Positions 1 through 11,152 are shown, numbered from the stretch's first letter. The stretch is 64,000 nucleotides of DNA from Acidobacteriota bacterium (GCA_965209055.1 OZ242374.1:96001-160000), one strand, 5' to 3'. Numbers and translations are program-made. Notes: generated from the letters alone by a model not told the origin.

Positions 1-103
1 CAATCACAGGAGGATTGCTCGGTCACAGGCTGACGCCGGAAGAATTCCTGGCTGATCTTGAATCAGGAAAGGACTACACTGGTCTGATTCCGGGAGAGCG
101 GAC

Positions 104-1237
104 TTGTTGAAGCGCCTTTTCGTCGTCCTGATTCTGGGTGCCCTGTTGGCGTGGGTGGGACTGCGCCTCTATCGCGAGTTGGCGGTGGAGTCCATGGACG
201 CGCCGCAACGGGGACCGGCGCTTCTGGTCGAGACCGCTACCGTACGGCCTCACGCGTTTGAGACCAATCTGGACCTCCTGGGCGAGTTGAGGCCCCAAGC
301 GGTGGTCGAGGTCATGTCCCGGATCAGCGGACGCCTCCAGCAGGTTCTGGCCGACCGGGGGGATCCGGTCAGCAAGGGACAACTGCTGGCGGTGGTCGAC
401 GACGTGGATCTCCTGCAGCAGATTCACCGGGCCGAGGCCGCCGTGGCCGTGGCCACCGCCGCGGTGAGCCGGGAGGAGGCCACCAACGAGAACCTGAAGG
501 TCCAGGTCGCGCGGTACCGTGAGCTCCACGAAGAAAATCTCATCTCGAATCAGGACCTGGAGGATCTGGTCAGCCGGATGCGGGTGTCGCAGGCGCAGTT
601 GGATCTGGTTCGGGCGCAGGTCAGGCAGGCGGAGGCCTCGCTCAGCGAGTACAAGATTCAGCACGGCCAGACCCGGATCTACTCACCGCTGGACGGCTTC
701 GTCGGAGTCCGTCACCTGGAGCCGGGCGCGCTGGTGAACCCCAGCGTGACTATCGTCTCGGTGCTGGAACTGGAGCGGGTCAAGACCGTGGTCCCGGTCT
801 CGGAAAGCGGAATCAGCAGCATCCGGGTGGGTCTTCCGGCCCGGGTCGTGGTGGACGTCTATCCCGACCGGGTGTACCAGGGAACCGTCACCCGGATCAG
901 TCCCTTCCTCAATCCGGAGACGCGGAGCGCCGACGTCGAGATCGAGATCGTGAACCGCGACGGGATGCTGAAACCGGGGATGTTCGCCCACGTGAGGATC
1001 GACGCCAGAATCTCCGAGACGGCGCTCAGCATCCCCCGTTCGGCGTTGCTGACCCGCGGCGAGCGGCACGGTGTCTATTTTCTGACCAAGGAACGGACCA
1101 CGGTGTTCCGTGATATCGAGATCGGTCGCATCGAGGGCGACGTGGTCGAAGTTCTGGCCGGCTTGGAGGATGGATCCGAGGTGGTCGCCTCCGGAGCCCA
1201 GAACTTGAACGAAGGGGATGCGGTGAGGTCCGAATGA
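104..1237 (+). CDS. RND efflux periplasmic adaptor (membrane fusion protein)
   Basis: N-terminal TM anchor, lipoyl-like halves (GDPVSKGQLLA; IYSPLDGFV), coiled hairpin, LKPGMFA motif; overlaps the downstream RND permease (ATGA). Confidence 0.92.
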   Translation: MLKRLFVVLILGALLAWVGLRLYRELAVESMDAPQRGPALLVETATVRPHAFETNLDLLGELRPQAVVEVMSRISGRLQQVLADRGDPVSKGQLLAVVDDVDLLQQIHRAEAAVAVATAAVSREEATNENLKVQVARYRELHEENLISNQDLEDLVSRMRVSQAQLDLVRAQVRQAEASLSEYKIQHGQTRIYSPLDGFVGVRHLEPGALVNPSVTIVSVLELERVKTVVPVSESGISSIRVGLPARVVVDVYPDRVYQGTVTRISPFLNPETRSADVEIEIVNRDGMLKPGMFAHVRIDARISETALSIPRSALLTRGERHGVYFLTKERTTVFRDIEIGRIEGDVVEVLAGLEDGSEVVASGAQNLNEGDAVRSE

Positions 1238-4200
1238 GTCTTCCCGATCTGGCGATCCGGCGCCCCGTCTTCATCGTCGTCGTCTTCCTCATCGTTGCCC
1301 TCATGGGCGGGATCTCCTTTCTCAACCTCCCGGTCGACTTGATGCCGGACGTCTCTTTTCCCACCATCAGCGTGACCACCACCTATCAGGGCGTGGGGCC
1401 CCGGGAGATCGAGGAACTGATCACCATTCCTCTGGAACGGGCCCTGGCCTCCACTCCCGGCATCAAGGAAATGACTTCGCGGTCCTCCGAGGGGACCAGC
1501 CGCGTGCGGGTCTCTTTCGAGTGGGGAGTGAACCTGGATGCGGGCGCTGAAGAACTCCGCGCCCGGATCGACCGGATTCGCGGACAGTTGCCCGAAGATG
1601 CGGATCCGCCGACCTTGTACAAGTACGATCTGAGCATCTTCCCCATTATGTTTCTGGGAATCTCCAGCGAGATGCCCCCCAGGGAGTTGCGCGAATTCGC
1701 GGAAAAGCAGATCCAATACCGGTTCGAGAGGATTCCGGGCGTGGCCCAGGCCGATATCTGGGGAGGCTTGGAGCGTGAGATCCACGTGGTGATGGACCGG
1801 GCCAAGATGCATACCCTCCGCATCAGCCCGGCCCAGGTCATGGCGGCACTGCGCCGCGAGAACCTGAACGAGCCTGCCGGACACGTCATCGAGGACACGT
1901 TCGAAGTGCTGATGCGAACCGAGGGCGAGTACGCCTCGATGGACGAAATCCGTCGAACCATGGTGACCATCCGGCAAGGCACCCCGATTTATATCGAGGA
2001 CATCGCCGCCGTCGAGGACAGCCATCAGGAAATCCGGCACCTGGTTCGGGTCAACGGCGTCCCCGGCATCAGGATGGGCGTCCGCAAGCAGTCGGGAGCC
2101 AACACGGTGCTGGTGGCGCGGTCGGTGGACCGGGCCATCGAGAGGATCAACCGGGACTTTCCGCAGGTCCGTGTCTACTCCCTCTACGACACCTCCAAGT
2201 TCATCACGCGGGCGGTGGGCAATGTTCGGAACGCCGCTTTCTTTGGTTCGCTCCTCGCCGTCTTCATTCTGGTGGTGTTCCTGCGCAACTTTCGCAGCGT
2301 GCTCGTGGTGGCCATCTCCATTCCCATTTCGGTGTTGGCCGCATTCGGCCTCATGTATTTCAGCGGGTTCACGTTGAACGTGATCACCTTCGGCGGACTG
2401 GCGCTGGGGGTCGGAGTGCTGGTGGACAACGCCATCGTCGTGCTGGAGAACATCTTCCGGCACCGGCAGGACGGTGAGGAGAAGAAGGCGGCGGCCCGCA
2501 ACGCCACCAAGGAGGTGGCTCTCGCCATCACTGCGTCGACCCTCACCACCATTGCCGTATTCCTGCCGGTCGTTTTCATGAGCGGCATGTCCGGTCTCAT
2601 GTTCCAGCAACTGGCCTGGGTGGTCTCCTTCTCGCTGTTCAGTTCGCTGTTGGTGTCGCTCACTCTGGTCCCCTTCCTCTCCAGCCGCTTCATCCGCGTC
2701 AGAGAGCCTGATCGAGCCGGCTGGCTCCAGGCTCTATCCCGAAAGGGCGCACAGTGGATGGAAGGATTGGACCGGAGCTATTCGGGTGTCCTCCGCTGGT
2801 CCCTGCGGCATCCGGCGCTGATCGTTTCCACCAGCGCCTTGGTGGTGGTGGGCGGGTTTTTGCTGGTGCCCTTCATCGGCCTGGAACTGCAGCCGGAGGC
2901 GGACGAGGGTCAGGTGCGGGTCCGGCTGGAGCTGGCCGAAGGGACCCGGCTGGAGGTGACGGACCAGTTGGCGAACCGGGCGGAGAGATTGGTGCGGGAG
3001 CGGGTTCCGGAACTCGACAACCTGCTGGTGGAGGTCGGTTCCCGGGGCGGTTGGCGAACGGCCAACACCAATACGGTGACTCTTCGAGTCTATCTGGTCC
3101 CGCTGGCCCAGCGGGAGCGGAGCAGCCAGCAGATCGCCGACGCCCTGCGTCCGTTGTTCGCCGACTTCCCGGGAGTGGTCCCCCGGGTCCGCACCAGCGG
3201 CGGCAACTATGCCATGCGCTGGGCCACCGAGAGTGAAGGCGATCGCCTCTCCATCGACATTCGCGGGCACGACATGAACGAATGTTTCAACTTGGCCGTG
3301 CAGATCAAGCGGATCATGGAGTCGCTGGAGGGAGTTTCCGACGCCGCCATCAGCAGGAGCCCGGGCCGGCCCGAAAGTCACATCCGGATCGATCGGGCCA
3401 AGGCGGCCACCATGGGCCTCACCGTCTCCAACGTCGCCACCACCGTACGCGCCAGCATCGGGGGCACCGTGGCCAGCTACTTCCGGGAGGGCGGGGACGA
3501 GTACGAGATTCTGGTGCGTTACCGGGAAGAGGATCGGCTGAGCAGCGAGGACGTCATGGCCATTCCGATCCAGACTCCGGCGGGTTCGGTGGTGCCGCTG
3601 CGCTCCCTGGTGGATTTGAACCGGAGTGAAGGCCCGAATTCCATCTCCCGGAAGGATCAGCAGAGAATCGTCTCGGTCTCGGGCAACCTCTCGGGAACCC
3701 GCGACATGGGATCGGTGGTCCGCGAGTTGGAAGTAGCGGTGAGGCCATTGGCGACGTCTCCGGACATCGCTCTGGTCTTCTCGGGCGAATGGGAGGAGCA
3801 GGAGGAGGCCCGGTTCCTGTTGCAGATCAGCTTCCTGCTGGCGGTGATTCTCGTCTATCTGGTGATGGCGGCGCAGTTCGAGTCGTTCAAGTACCCGTTT
3901 CTGATCATGTTCTCCATCCCGCTCGCCTTCATCGGAGTGATCCTGGCGTTGTTTCTGACCCAGACCAACTTCAATCTCCAGGGCTTCATCGGCTTGATCA
4001 TGCTGGTGGGAATCGTGGTGAACAACGCCATCGTCCTGGTCGACTACGTCCTGCAGCTTCATCGCCAACACGGTCTGCCGCTGATGGACGCCCTGTTGAC
4101 GGGAGGCCGCCGGCGTCTGCGGCCCATACTGATGACCACTCTGACCACGGTCCTGGGACTCACTCCCATGGCCATCGGAATCGGAGAGGGCGCCGAGCTT

Positions 4201-4365
4201 CAGGTCCCCATGGCCCGGGTCCTCATCGGCGGCCTGATCTCCTCCACCTTCATGACCCTCTTTCTGATCCCTACCCTCTTTCTCGTCCTCGAGCGGGTGT
4301 GGAGCCGCCGGCGCCAGGAAAGGCCGGACCTTGCCCTGGGCCAGCCGTCACGCGCGACGGGTTGA
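1234..4365 (+). CDS. RND efflux permease, AcrB/AcrD/AcrF family
   Basis: 1043 aa; AIRRPV start, VDNAIVVLENI and VNNAIVLVD motifs, RLRPILMTT, two large periplasmic loops. Confidence 0.95.
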   Translation: MSLPDLAIRRPVFIVVVFLIVALMGGISFLNLPVDLMPDVSFPTISVTTTYQGVGPREIEELITIPLERALASTPGIKEMTSRSSEGTSRVRVSFEWGVNLDAGAEELRARIDRIRGQLPEDADPPTLYKYDLSIFPIMFLGISSEMPPRELREFAEKQIQYRFERIPGVAQADIWGGLEREIHVVMDRAKMHTLRISPAQVMAALRRENLNEPAGHVIEDTFEVLMRTEGEYASMDEIRRTMVTIRQGTPIYIEDIAAVEDSHQEIRHLVRVNGVPGIRMGVRKQSGANTVLVARSVDRAIERINRDFPQVRVYSLYDTSKFITRAVGNVRNAAFFGSLLAVFILVVFLRNFRSVLVVAISIPISVLAAFGLMYFSGFTLNVITFGGLALGVGVLVDNAIVVLENIFRHRQDGEEKKAAARNATKEVALAITASTLTTIAVFLPVVFMSGMSGLMFQQLAWVVSFSLFSSLLVSLTLVPFLSSRFIRVREPDRAGWLQALSRKGAQWMEGLDRSYSGVLRWSLRHPALIVSTSALVVVGGFLLVPFIGLELQPEADEGQVRVRLELAEGTRLEVTDQLANRAERLVRERVPELDNLLVEVGSRGGWRTANTNTVTLRVYLVPLAQRERSSQQIADALRPLFADFPGVVPRVRTSGGNYAMRWATESEGDRLSIDIRGHDMNECFNLAVQIKRIMESLEGVSDAAISRSPGRPESHIRIDRAKAATMGLTVSNVATTVRASIGGTVASYFREGGDEYEILVRYREEDRLSSEDVMAIPIQTPAGSVVPLRSLVDLNRSEGPNSISRKDQQRIVSVSGNLSGTRDMGSVVRELEVAVRPLATSPDIALVFSGEWEEQEEARFLLQISFLLAVILVYLVMAAQFESFKYPFLIMFSIPLAFIGVILALFLTQTNFNLQGFIGLIMLVGIVVNNAIVLVDYVLQLHRQHGLPLMDALLTGGRRRLRPILMTTLTTVLGLTPMAIGIGEGAELQVPMARVLIGGLISSTFMTLFLIPTLFLVLERVWSRRRQERPDLALGQPSRATG

Positions 4366-4380
4366 TTCCTCTCGAATGAC

Positions 4381-5433
4381 TCATCCGCTCCGAATTCTCA
4401 TGGCCAGCCTGCGCATGGCGGCGGCGGCCTCGTCCACGTCCGCCTCGCTGATGCCGATATAGGTGACGGCTCTCAGAAAGGGCCCGGGCGTGCTGACCCG
4501 AACGCCCTCTTCCTCTTCCAGGCGCCGGGCGAACTCGGGACACGAGATGCCGAGACGGGCAGCGTCGAACCGCACGATGTTGGTCTCGACCGCGTCCAGG
4601 TCGATGTCCAGACCCGGGATCCCGGCGATGTGGCGGGCCAATCGGCCGGCATTCTCATGGTCCTCGGCCAGGCGGGAGATGTGGTGCCGCAGCGCGTGGG
4701 TCCCCGCCGCCGCGATGATCCCGGCCTGGCGCATCGCCCCGCCGATGCGTTGTTTCCACTGCCAGGCCTCTTCGATGAACTCCCGGCTTCCGGCCAGGAC
4801 GGCTCCCACCGGAGCGCCGAGACCCTTGCTCAGGTCGATCCAGACGGAGTCCAGGGTAGCGGCGTAGTCGGCGACGCTGATCCCGCTGGCCACCGAGGCG
4901 TTGAAGAGCCGGGCGCCGTCCATGTGGGTCCCCAATCCCCATTCGTGAGCGACTCCACAGACTTCCCGCAACTGTTCCAAGGGCCAGATGCGCCCGCCAG
5001 GAGCATTGACCGTCTGCTCGATGGAGACGACGCGCATGGTGGGGCGGTACCGGCTGGGCGGATACATGAGGTTTCTGACTTGCTCCGGCGTGAACATTCC
5101 GTCGGGACCGTCGATGGGGTAAGCCGTGGACGCCGCCAGGATCGCCGTCCCTCCCGATTCGGCGATGAGGGGATGGGCGGTCCGGTCCAGCAGGATCACG
5201 TCTCCCGGCCGGCAATGGACCGCCAGGCCGATCTGGTTGCACATGGTCCCGGAAGGCAGGAAGACCGCGTCCTCCTTACCCAGCATCTCCGCCACCATCT
5301 CCTGCAGCTCGTTGACCGAGGGGTCCTCTCCCTTCTGCTCGTCCCCCACCGGGGCAAAACAGGCGAAACGCCGCATCTCCGGAGTGGGCATGCTCAAGGT
5401 GTCGCTGTACAGATCGATCCTGATATCGGGCAT
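4381..5433 (-). CDS. ltaE: Low-specificity L-threonine aldolase family (PLP-dependent)
   Basis: DLYSDT, GDEQKGEDP, PSGTMCNQ, HMDGARLFNA and SKGLGAPVG (PLP lysine) motifs. Confidence 0.85.
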   Translation of the reverse strand: MPDIRIDLYSDTLSMPTPEMRRFACFAPVGDEQKGEDPSVNELQEMVAEMLGKEDAVFLPSGTMCNQIGLAVHCRPGDVILLDRTAHPLIAESGGTAILAASTAYPIDGPDGMFTPEQVRNLMYPPSRYRPTMRVVSIEQTVNAPGGRIWPLEQLREVCGVAHEWGLGTHMDGARLFNASVASGISVADYAATLDSVWIDLSKGLGAPVGAVLAGSREFIEEAWQWKQRIGGAMRQAGIIAAAGTHALRHHISRLAEDHENAGRLARHIAGIPGLDIDLDAVETNIVRFDAARLGISCPEFARRLEEEEGVRVSTPGPFLRAVTYIGISEADVDEAAAAMRRLAMRIRSG

Positions 5434-5437
5434 CGTT

Positions 5438-6190
5438 TTACTCCTGGTCTTTGAGAATTCGGGTGGGCACCAGCATCGGGACCCTCTTCCGGTACCGGCG
5501 GTAGTCGTCGCCGTGCCGCGTCATGAGGTCGCGCTCCTCCAGGGGCAGGGCAAGGAGGATGTAGCCGGTGGCGGCCGCGGCGAACATCAGGTGTCCGGCG
5601 CTCATCACGGGAGTGGCCCAGAAGGCGACGATGAGTCCCAGCATGAGCGGATGGCGCACGAGCCGGTAGAAACCCGGCGTTCGAAAGCGGTCGGGCGGGA
5701 TTTCCCGCCGCTTGAACCGGAAATAGGCTTGGCGCAGGCCGAACAGGTCGAGATGGCCGATCATGGCCGCCGACAGGGCTACGATCCCCCAACCCAGCCA
5801 TGAGAGTGCGGACAAAAACAGGACTCCGGCGCCATGTTCCACCTGCCAGACCGGTTCGGGCACGGGCCGCCATTGCCAGAACATGACTGCCAGGACGCCG
5901 CTGGTCAGGAGGACGTAAGTGCTCCGCTCCAACGGCTTGGGCACGATCCGGGTCCAGACGGCCTTGAACCCGGGCCGGGCCATGACGCTGTGCTGGAGGG
6001 CGAAAAGTCCCAGCAGGCCGGCATTCACCGGAATCGCATCCGACAGGGGATACGGGGTCCCGGAGTCGATGCTCTTGGGGACCATCAGGTTGCCCACGAA
6101 CCCGGCGGTATAGAGAACGGTGGCGAGGGCGACGCCGTAGGACGTGGCCCCGTAAAGAAGCACTGCGAAGCCACTCATGGGTGCGGCCAT
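5438..6190 (-). CDS. mddA: Methanethiol S-methyltransferase MddA-like membrane protein (ICMT/NnrU superfamily)
   Basis: GFVGNLMVPKSIDSG, LFALQHSVMARPGFK, ERSTYVL, WQWRP, HLDLFGLRQ, YRLVRHPLMLG, EERDL; start ATG at 6190 or 6178. Confidence 0.75.
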   Translation of the reverse strand: MAAPMSGFAVLLYGATSYGVALATVLYTAGFVGNLMVPKSIDSGTPYPLSDAIPVNAGLLGLFALQHSVMARPGFKAVWTRIVPKPLERSTYVLLTSGVLAVMFWQWRPVPEPVWQVEHGAGVLFLSALSWLGWGIVALSAAMIGHLDLFGLRQAYFRFKRREIPPDRFRTPGFYRLVRHPLMLGLIVAFWATPVMSAGHLMFAAAATGYILLALPLEERDLMTRHGDDYRRYRKRVPMLVPTRILKDQE

Positions 6191-6277
6191 TCTACCTGAT
6201 GAAGAAACTTGACTCGGATTTCCAAATGCCGCAAGGTCGGCGTCGATTCGACCCCGACCCATTGGGAGGCCTCATCC

Positions 6278-7753
6278 ATGCGCACACCTTCTCGAATCCG
6301 GATCGTTTTGCTGTTGTGGATCGTCCAGGCGGTCCTGCCGTTCTCTGCCGGACTTCATGCCGAACCTCCGGGAGAGGGGGGCCGCGTCGTCCACGTCGGG
6401 CCGGAGTACAACCTGGAAGAGCTGTTCCTTCACGACGACACGATCGTGGACCGGAGTCAGGGCCTGGTGCTGGCCCCGGCAACGGTGAGGAGACATCCCG
6501 GGAATCCGGTCCTGGTCAAGGACCGCCCCTGGGAAGTGGGAATCCTCAACTACACCTGTGTGCTCCAGGACCGGGAAGAGGGTCTCTTCAAGATGTGGTA
6601 CCAGATCATCCGGCCCAAGGCGGGGGGCGGAGGGAACGAGAGCTGGTGCCTCTACGCCACGTCTCCCGACGGGCTGGTCTGGGAAAAACCGGAACTGGGG
6701 ATCGTGGAGCACGACGGCTCCACCCGGAACAACATCCTCTTCTACGAGCACGAAGGGATTCGGGGGACGCCGTCCTACTGGGTGGAGAAGGACTATGCCG
6801 CCTCCGATCCGTCGCGCCGCTACAAGATGATGCTGCAGCGATGGGACTTCCGGGGACGCGGCGCCGCCATGGCCCATTCCCCCGACGGAATCCATTGGAC
6901 GATTCCCGAATTCGGCAACCGGCTGGGTCCCTTCGATACCCGGAACATCTTCTTCTGGGACGATATCGCCGGAGCCTACGTGGGCTATTTCCGCAGTCAC
7001 GTGGGCAGCCGGCGCTCGATATCCCGGGCCACCAGTCCCGACGGGTACCACTGGTCAAGGCCGGTGACCATCCACACTCCGGACGAGCAGGATCCCCCCA
7101 CCTGGCATCTCTACACTCCGGGGATCTTCAAGTACGCGGGGGCTCGCAACGCCTACTTCATGCTCACCGCCGGGTTCGACGAGGTCACCCACGCCATGTA
7201 CGGAGAGTTGGGGACGAGCCGGGACGGCATCGAATGGCATCGTTTCCGCCGGCCCTTCCTGGGGACTTCGCAAGAGGGGGAGTGGGACGGCGGGCACGTC
7301 ATGCCCATTCCCGCCGATGCGTCCATCGGAGGCGAGACCGCCCTCTTCTACCAGGGGAGCACCAGGCCCGCCCACGACGGCACGGGAGAGCGGGGCATCG
7401 GCGTGGCCTTCCTGGGCCGCGGCGCCTTCGTGGGACGGAAAGCGGCGTCCCAAGGGAGTCTTCTCACCCACCCGCTTCGGATTCGGGACAGCCGCAGCCG
7501 GTTTTTCCTCAATGCCGACGCGGGGGAGGGATCCATCCGGGCCGAGCTGCTGGACGGCTCGGGGCGGGTCCTGGAGGGCTTCTCCCGAGACGACTGCCGG
7601 CCGATTCGGGGCAAGGGAAGCCGGTTGCCGGTTCATTGGACCGGGCAGGAGGAGCTGAAGCAGCACCTGCGCAAGGGGACGGTCCGGCTCAAGCTCTACC
7701 TGGACCAGGCGACCGTCTACGGCTTCTACTGCCGCCGTCCGCCGCGCCGGTGA
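6278..7753 (+). CDS. Secreted glycoside-hydrolase-like beta-propeller protein with C-terminal beta-sandwich (paralogue 1)
   Basis: GGAGG RBS before ATG 6278; signal peptide; LFLHDD, SPDGLVWEKPELG, SPDGIHW, SRDGIEW repeats; family C-terminus GSIRAELLD..GF..DDC..VRLKLYL. Confidence 0.7.
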   Translation: MRTPSRIRIVLLLWIVQAVLPFSAGLHAEPPGEGGRVVHVGPEYNLEELFLHDDTIVDRSQGLVLAPATVRRHPGNPVLVKDRPWEVGILNYTCVLQDREEGLFKMWYQIIRPKAGGGGNESWCLYATSPDGLVWEKPELGIVEHDGSTRNNILFYEHEGIRGTPSYWVEKDYAASDPSRRYKMMLQRWDFRGRGAAMAHSPDGIHWTIPEFGNRLGPFDTRNIFFWDDIAGAYVGYFRSHVGSRRSISRATSPDGYHWSRPVTIHTPDEQDPPTWHLYTPGIFKYAGARNAYFMLTAGFDEVTHAMYGELGTSRDGIEWHRFRRPFLGTSQEGEWDGGHVMPIPADASIGGETALFYQGSTRPAHDGTGERGIGVAFLGRGAFVGRKAASQGSLLTHPLRIRDSRSRFFLNADAGEGSIRAELLDGSGRVLEGFSRDDCRPIRGKGSRLPVHWTGQEELKQHLRKGTVRLKLYLDQATVYGFYCRRPPRR

Positions 7754-7790
7754 CGGACCGGGGCTGGCACAGCCTGCAGAGGATGCAAAG

Positions 7791-9542
7791 ATGAATCGTT
7801 GGCGCAAGTGTCTCTTGATCCTGCCGTCCGTGCTTTTGACCGTGGCCGCCTGCCAGGTGCCGCGGGAAACTGAGACGGCCCCGGAGCCGACTCCCAACTG
7901 GCCTCCCCGCATCATCTACAACACCGACGGCAACTGGGCCTTCAACTACCTGGCCAACCGCGACCCCCGGGACCTGACCGTGATTCTGGATGCGCTCCAG
8001 GGAACCGCGGTGGACATCGTCACCGTCCTGGTGGGAATCGACGACGATCTCTCCTGGCGCGGGAGCCCGCACGGCGAGCTCTGGGGCGACAACATCGAGG
8101 ACTGGGACCCGGACGACGACACCGCCGTGGCTTCTGTGGGCGGCATGAGCATGTCCGACGTGGAGCGCCTGCACCGGAACCTGGCCGCGGTGGCCGACGA
8201 CGGCCACGATCTCCTGAAGATCTATATCGACCGGGCACGAGAGCTGAATCTGGGAATGTTCGCCTCCTTCCGCATGAACGACGCCCACGTCAATCTCGAG
8301 GACCGGGGGTGGTACGGCCGGTCCGTCCAAAAGCTGGAGAGGACCGACCTGCTGCTGGGCCATCCGGTCTGGTGGGGACCCGGCCAAGCCGACCGGTGGA
8401 ACTTTTCCTGGCAGTGGGACTACTCCAAGCAAGAGGTGCGAGACCGCTTTCTGGGCCTTTTCGAGGAGGTATTGACCCGCTACGACTTCGATGGGCTGGA
8501 GCTGGATTTCGGCCGTGGCGGTCTACTGTTTCGAACCGGGGAGCGGTTCCGGAACATCCCGACGCTGACCGGGTTCATGCGGAACGCCCGGGAGATCGTC
8601 CGCCGGAAGCAGTCGGGAAAAGGAAGGGAGCTCAAGCTCATCGCCCGGGTTCCCGTCAGCATCGACGCCGCTCTGGAGCTGGGTTTCGATCTCGAGACCT
8701 GGATCGGGGAAGGACTGGTGGATGCCGTGATCCTGGGTTCTCCTTCCTACTGCGTGCAGCGCATCGACATCGAGCGGGCCGTCGCGGCGGCATCGGGGAG
8801 CGGGGTCCTCGTCTACACCGGATTCGACTCCTCGACTCACGCGGCATCGCCCCAGGGGGGGTACGAACGGAATCCGGTCACGGTATTGAGGGCGTCGGCC
8901 TTGAACGGCTACAAGCAGGGGGCCGCCGGGGTCCATCTTTTCAACTACGGCTACCGAAGTCATCGCCAGAGTCCCGTTCCGGAAGCCGCCGAAGTGGTGG
9001 CCAAGCCGGTGGGGACCGACAGGCCGGGCCATTTCACCGCGTCCGATCTACAGGACCTGAAGGACCTGGGAGACGCCAAGGCCTTGGAGCGTCTGGACCG
9101 CTGCTACTATGCCGAATCCCGCGCCATGAACTTTCCCGGGGACTATCCGCCCCAGGTGCCCCAGCAACTGTCTCTCGCGGGCCGGGGCGCCGGGCCGGCT
9201 CATGCCATTCGGATCCGCGTGGATGACGACATCGGGGCGGGCCGGACCGACGGCAGAATCCGGAAGACCGAGTTGCGTCTGCGTCTGACCCACGTGGAGA
9301 AATCGCTGGGGCGCGTCCGCTGTGAAGTCAACGGGGAAGGGGTCGATCTCGCGTCCGCCGGCAGGATCCGGAACCGGAAGGGGGAGGAGTGGCTGGTGGT
9401 GGATAACCCGCCGGTGAAGGGTGGAGTCAATACCGTCCTCGTGGTGCTGGAGGGAAAAAAGACGCCGGAGGAGCACACCCATCGTCGCGCGCCCTGGCCC
9501 ACCCTGGAGAGCTGCGAGATCATCGTCAGAACGGGGTCCTGA
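7791..9542 (+). CDS. Lipoprotein with GH-like TIM barrel (GHL10/DUF187-like)
   Basis: Lipobox VAAC; IIYNTDG, SFRMNDAH, YDFDGLELDF and GVHLFNY motifs. Confidence 0.6.
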   Translation: MNRWRKCLLILPSVLLTVAACQVPRETETAPEPTPNWPPRIIYNTDGNWAFNYLANRDPRDLTVILDALQGTAVDIVTVLVGIDDDLSWRGSPHGELWGDNIEDWDPDDDTAVASVGGMSMSDVERLHRNLAAVADDGHDLLKIYIDRARELNLGMFASFRMNDAHVNLEDRGWYGRSVQKLERTDLLLGHPVWWGPGQADRWNFSWQWDYSKQEVRDRFLGLFEEVLTRYDFDGLELDFGRGGLLFRTGERFRNIPTLTGFMRNAREIVRRKQSGKGRELKLIARVPVSIDAALELGFDLETWIGEGLVDAVILGSPSYCVQRIDIERAVAAASGSGVLVYTGFDSSTHAASPQGGYERNPVTVLRASALNGYKQGAAGVHLFNYGYRSHRQSPVPEAAEVVAKPVGTDRPGHFTASDLQDLKDLGDAKALERLDRCYYAESRAMNFPGDYPPQVPQQLSLAGRGAGPAHAIRIRVDDDIGAGRTDGRIRKTELRLRLTHVEKSLGRVRCEVNGEGVDLASAGRIRNRKGEEWLVVDNPPVKGGVNTVLVVLEGKKTPEEHTHRRAPWPTLESCEIIVRTGS

Positions 9543-9557
9543 CATTCAGCCCCGCCA

Positions 9558-11093
9558 TCACAACGGAGGTTCGGAGACGCCGTACGCTTCGCGCAGGCGT
9601 TCGAGCTCAGCCTTCAGTTCCGCGGTGATCCGTTCCGTGCCCTCCCTCCCGTACAGGCTCCGCAGCTCCTGCGGGTCCCGCTCCAAGTCGAACAACTCCC
9701 ACTCGCCGCTCTCGTAGAACCGGATCAGTTTGTAACGTGCGGTCCGCACCCCTTCGTGCGCCGGGACGCCGTGAGCCAATTGGCTCTCATAGTAGTGGTA
9801 GTAGAAGGACCGCCGCCAATTCCGGGGCGGCGCGCCTTTGAGGATGGGCACCAGGCTGCGGCCCTGCATTCGGGGCGGGACCCGGACCCCGGCCATCTCG
9901 AGAAACGTGGCGGCGTAATCCAGGTTCGAGACCAGTTCGCGGCTGGTCGAGCCGGGCTCGACCGCACCGGGCCACCGGATCACCAGCGGGGTCCGCAGCG
10001 ACTCCCGGTACATCCAGCGCTTGTCGAACCAGCCGTGCTCTCCCAGGTAGAAGCCCTGGTCGGAGCTGTAGACCACGACCGTGTTCCGGGACAGGCCGGT
10101 GGCGTCCAGGTAGCGGAGGAGGCGCCCGACGTTGTCGTCGACGGAAGCGATGCAGCGCAGGTAGTCCTTGATGTAGCGCTGGTACTTCCAGCGGACGAGT
10201 TCCTTCCCCGTCAGGTTCGCCGCCTGGAAGGCCTCGTTCTTGGGCTGGTAGATGGCGTCCCAGACCGCTTTCTGATCCGGGTTCATCCTTCCGTAGGTCC
10301 GGTTCCAGCGGATCATGAAGGGGTCGTCCCGGGGTGTTCCCGGGGAAGGCCGGAACTTCAGGTCGTGGGCGGTCATGTGCCGTCCGATCTCCATCCGGTT
10401 GGCGGCCGCCGGCGATGCCCGTCCCGAGTAGTCGTCGAACAGGGTCGGCGGTTCCCACATCTGCTCGCCGTCATAGAGGGTCAGGTGCTCCGGTCCGGGC
10501 ATCCAGTGGCGGTGCGGCGCCTTGTGTTGGCTCATGAGCAGGAAGGGCTGGCCCGGGTTCCGGTTCTTGAGCCATTCCAGCGAGAGGTCCGTGACGATGT
10601 CCGTGGTGTATCCGGTATGCCGGCGGCGCCTGTCGTCCGGACCGACCCGCATGTCCGGGTTGTAGTACGCCCCCTGTCCCGGCAGCACTTCCCAATCGTC
10701 GAAGCCGGTGGGCGCCGACTTCAGATGCCATTTGCCGAAGACGGCCGTCTGGTACCCGGCCTCCTGCAGCAGCTTGGGAAAGGTCTGCTGCGAGCCGTCG
10801 AACGGCAGGAGGTTGTTCAGGACGCCGTTGAGGTGGCTGTACTTGCCGGTGAGGATCACGGCCCGGCTCGGGGCGCAGATGGAATTGGTGACCAGCGCCC
10901 GGTCGAACCGCATTCCCTCCCGGGCGATCCGGTCGATGTTGGGGGTCCGGTTCAGCTTGGAGCCATAGGCCCCGACGGCCTGGTAGGCGTGGTCGTCGGT
11001 GAAGATGAAGAGGATGTTGGGTGGCTTGGCGGCAGCCGGGCCGAATCCGGCCAGCAGCAGCAACAGCGGCAACGAAGCCGCAATCAGGCGCAT
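9558..11093 (-). CDS. Secreted Cys-type sulfatase (N-acetylglucosamine-6-sulfatase-like)
   Basis: Signal peptide; [17 protein letters not shown] formylglycine motif, [24 protein letters not shown]. Confidence 0.92.
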   Translation of the reverse strand: MRLIAASLPLLLLLAGFGPAAAKPPNILFIFTDDHAYQAVGAYGSKLNRTPNIDRIAREGMRFDRALVTNSICAPSRAVILTGKYSHLNGVLNNLLPFDGSQQTFPKLLQEAGYQTAVFGKWHLKSAPTGFDDWEVLPGQGAYYNPDMRVGPDDRRRRHTGYTTDIVTDLSLEWLKNRNPGQPFLLMSQHKAPHRHWMPGPEHLTLYDGEQMWEPPTLFDDYSGRASPAAANRMEIGRHMTAHDLKFRPSPGTPRDDPFMIRWNRTYGRMNPDQKAVWDAIYQPKNEAFQAANLTGKELVRWKYQRYIKDYLRCIASVDDNVGRLLRYLDATGLSRNTVVVYSSDQGFYLGEHGWFDKRWMYRESLRTPLVIRWPGAVEPGSTSRELVSNLDYAATFLEMAGVRVPPRMQGRSLVPILKGAPPRNWRRSFYYHYYESQLAHGVPAHEGVRTARYKLIRFYESGEWELFDLERDPQELRSLYGREGTERITAELKAELERLREAYGVSEPPL

Positions 11094-11152
11094 CACGGGG
11101 GGAATTCTACTATCGGCGCCAGGTGCCGCGCACCGAAAGTCGTTCCAAGGGG

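Noticed and set aside
1-103. Possible tail of an upstream gene or HicA-like remnant (..LTPEEFLADL..)
   Set aside because: Too short and truncated by the window edge to support a call.
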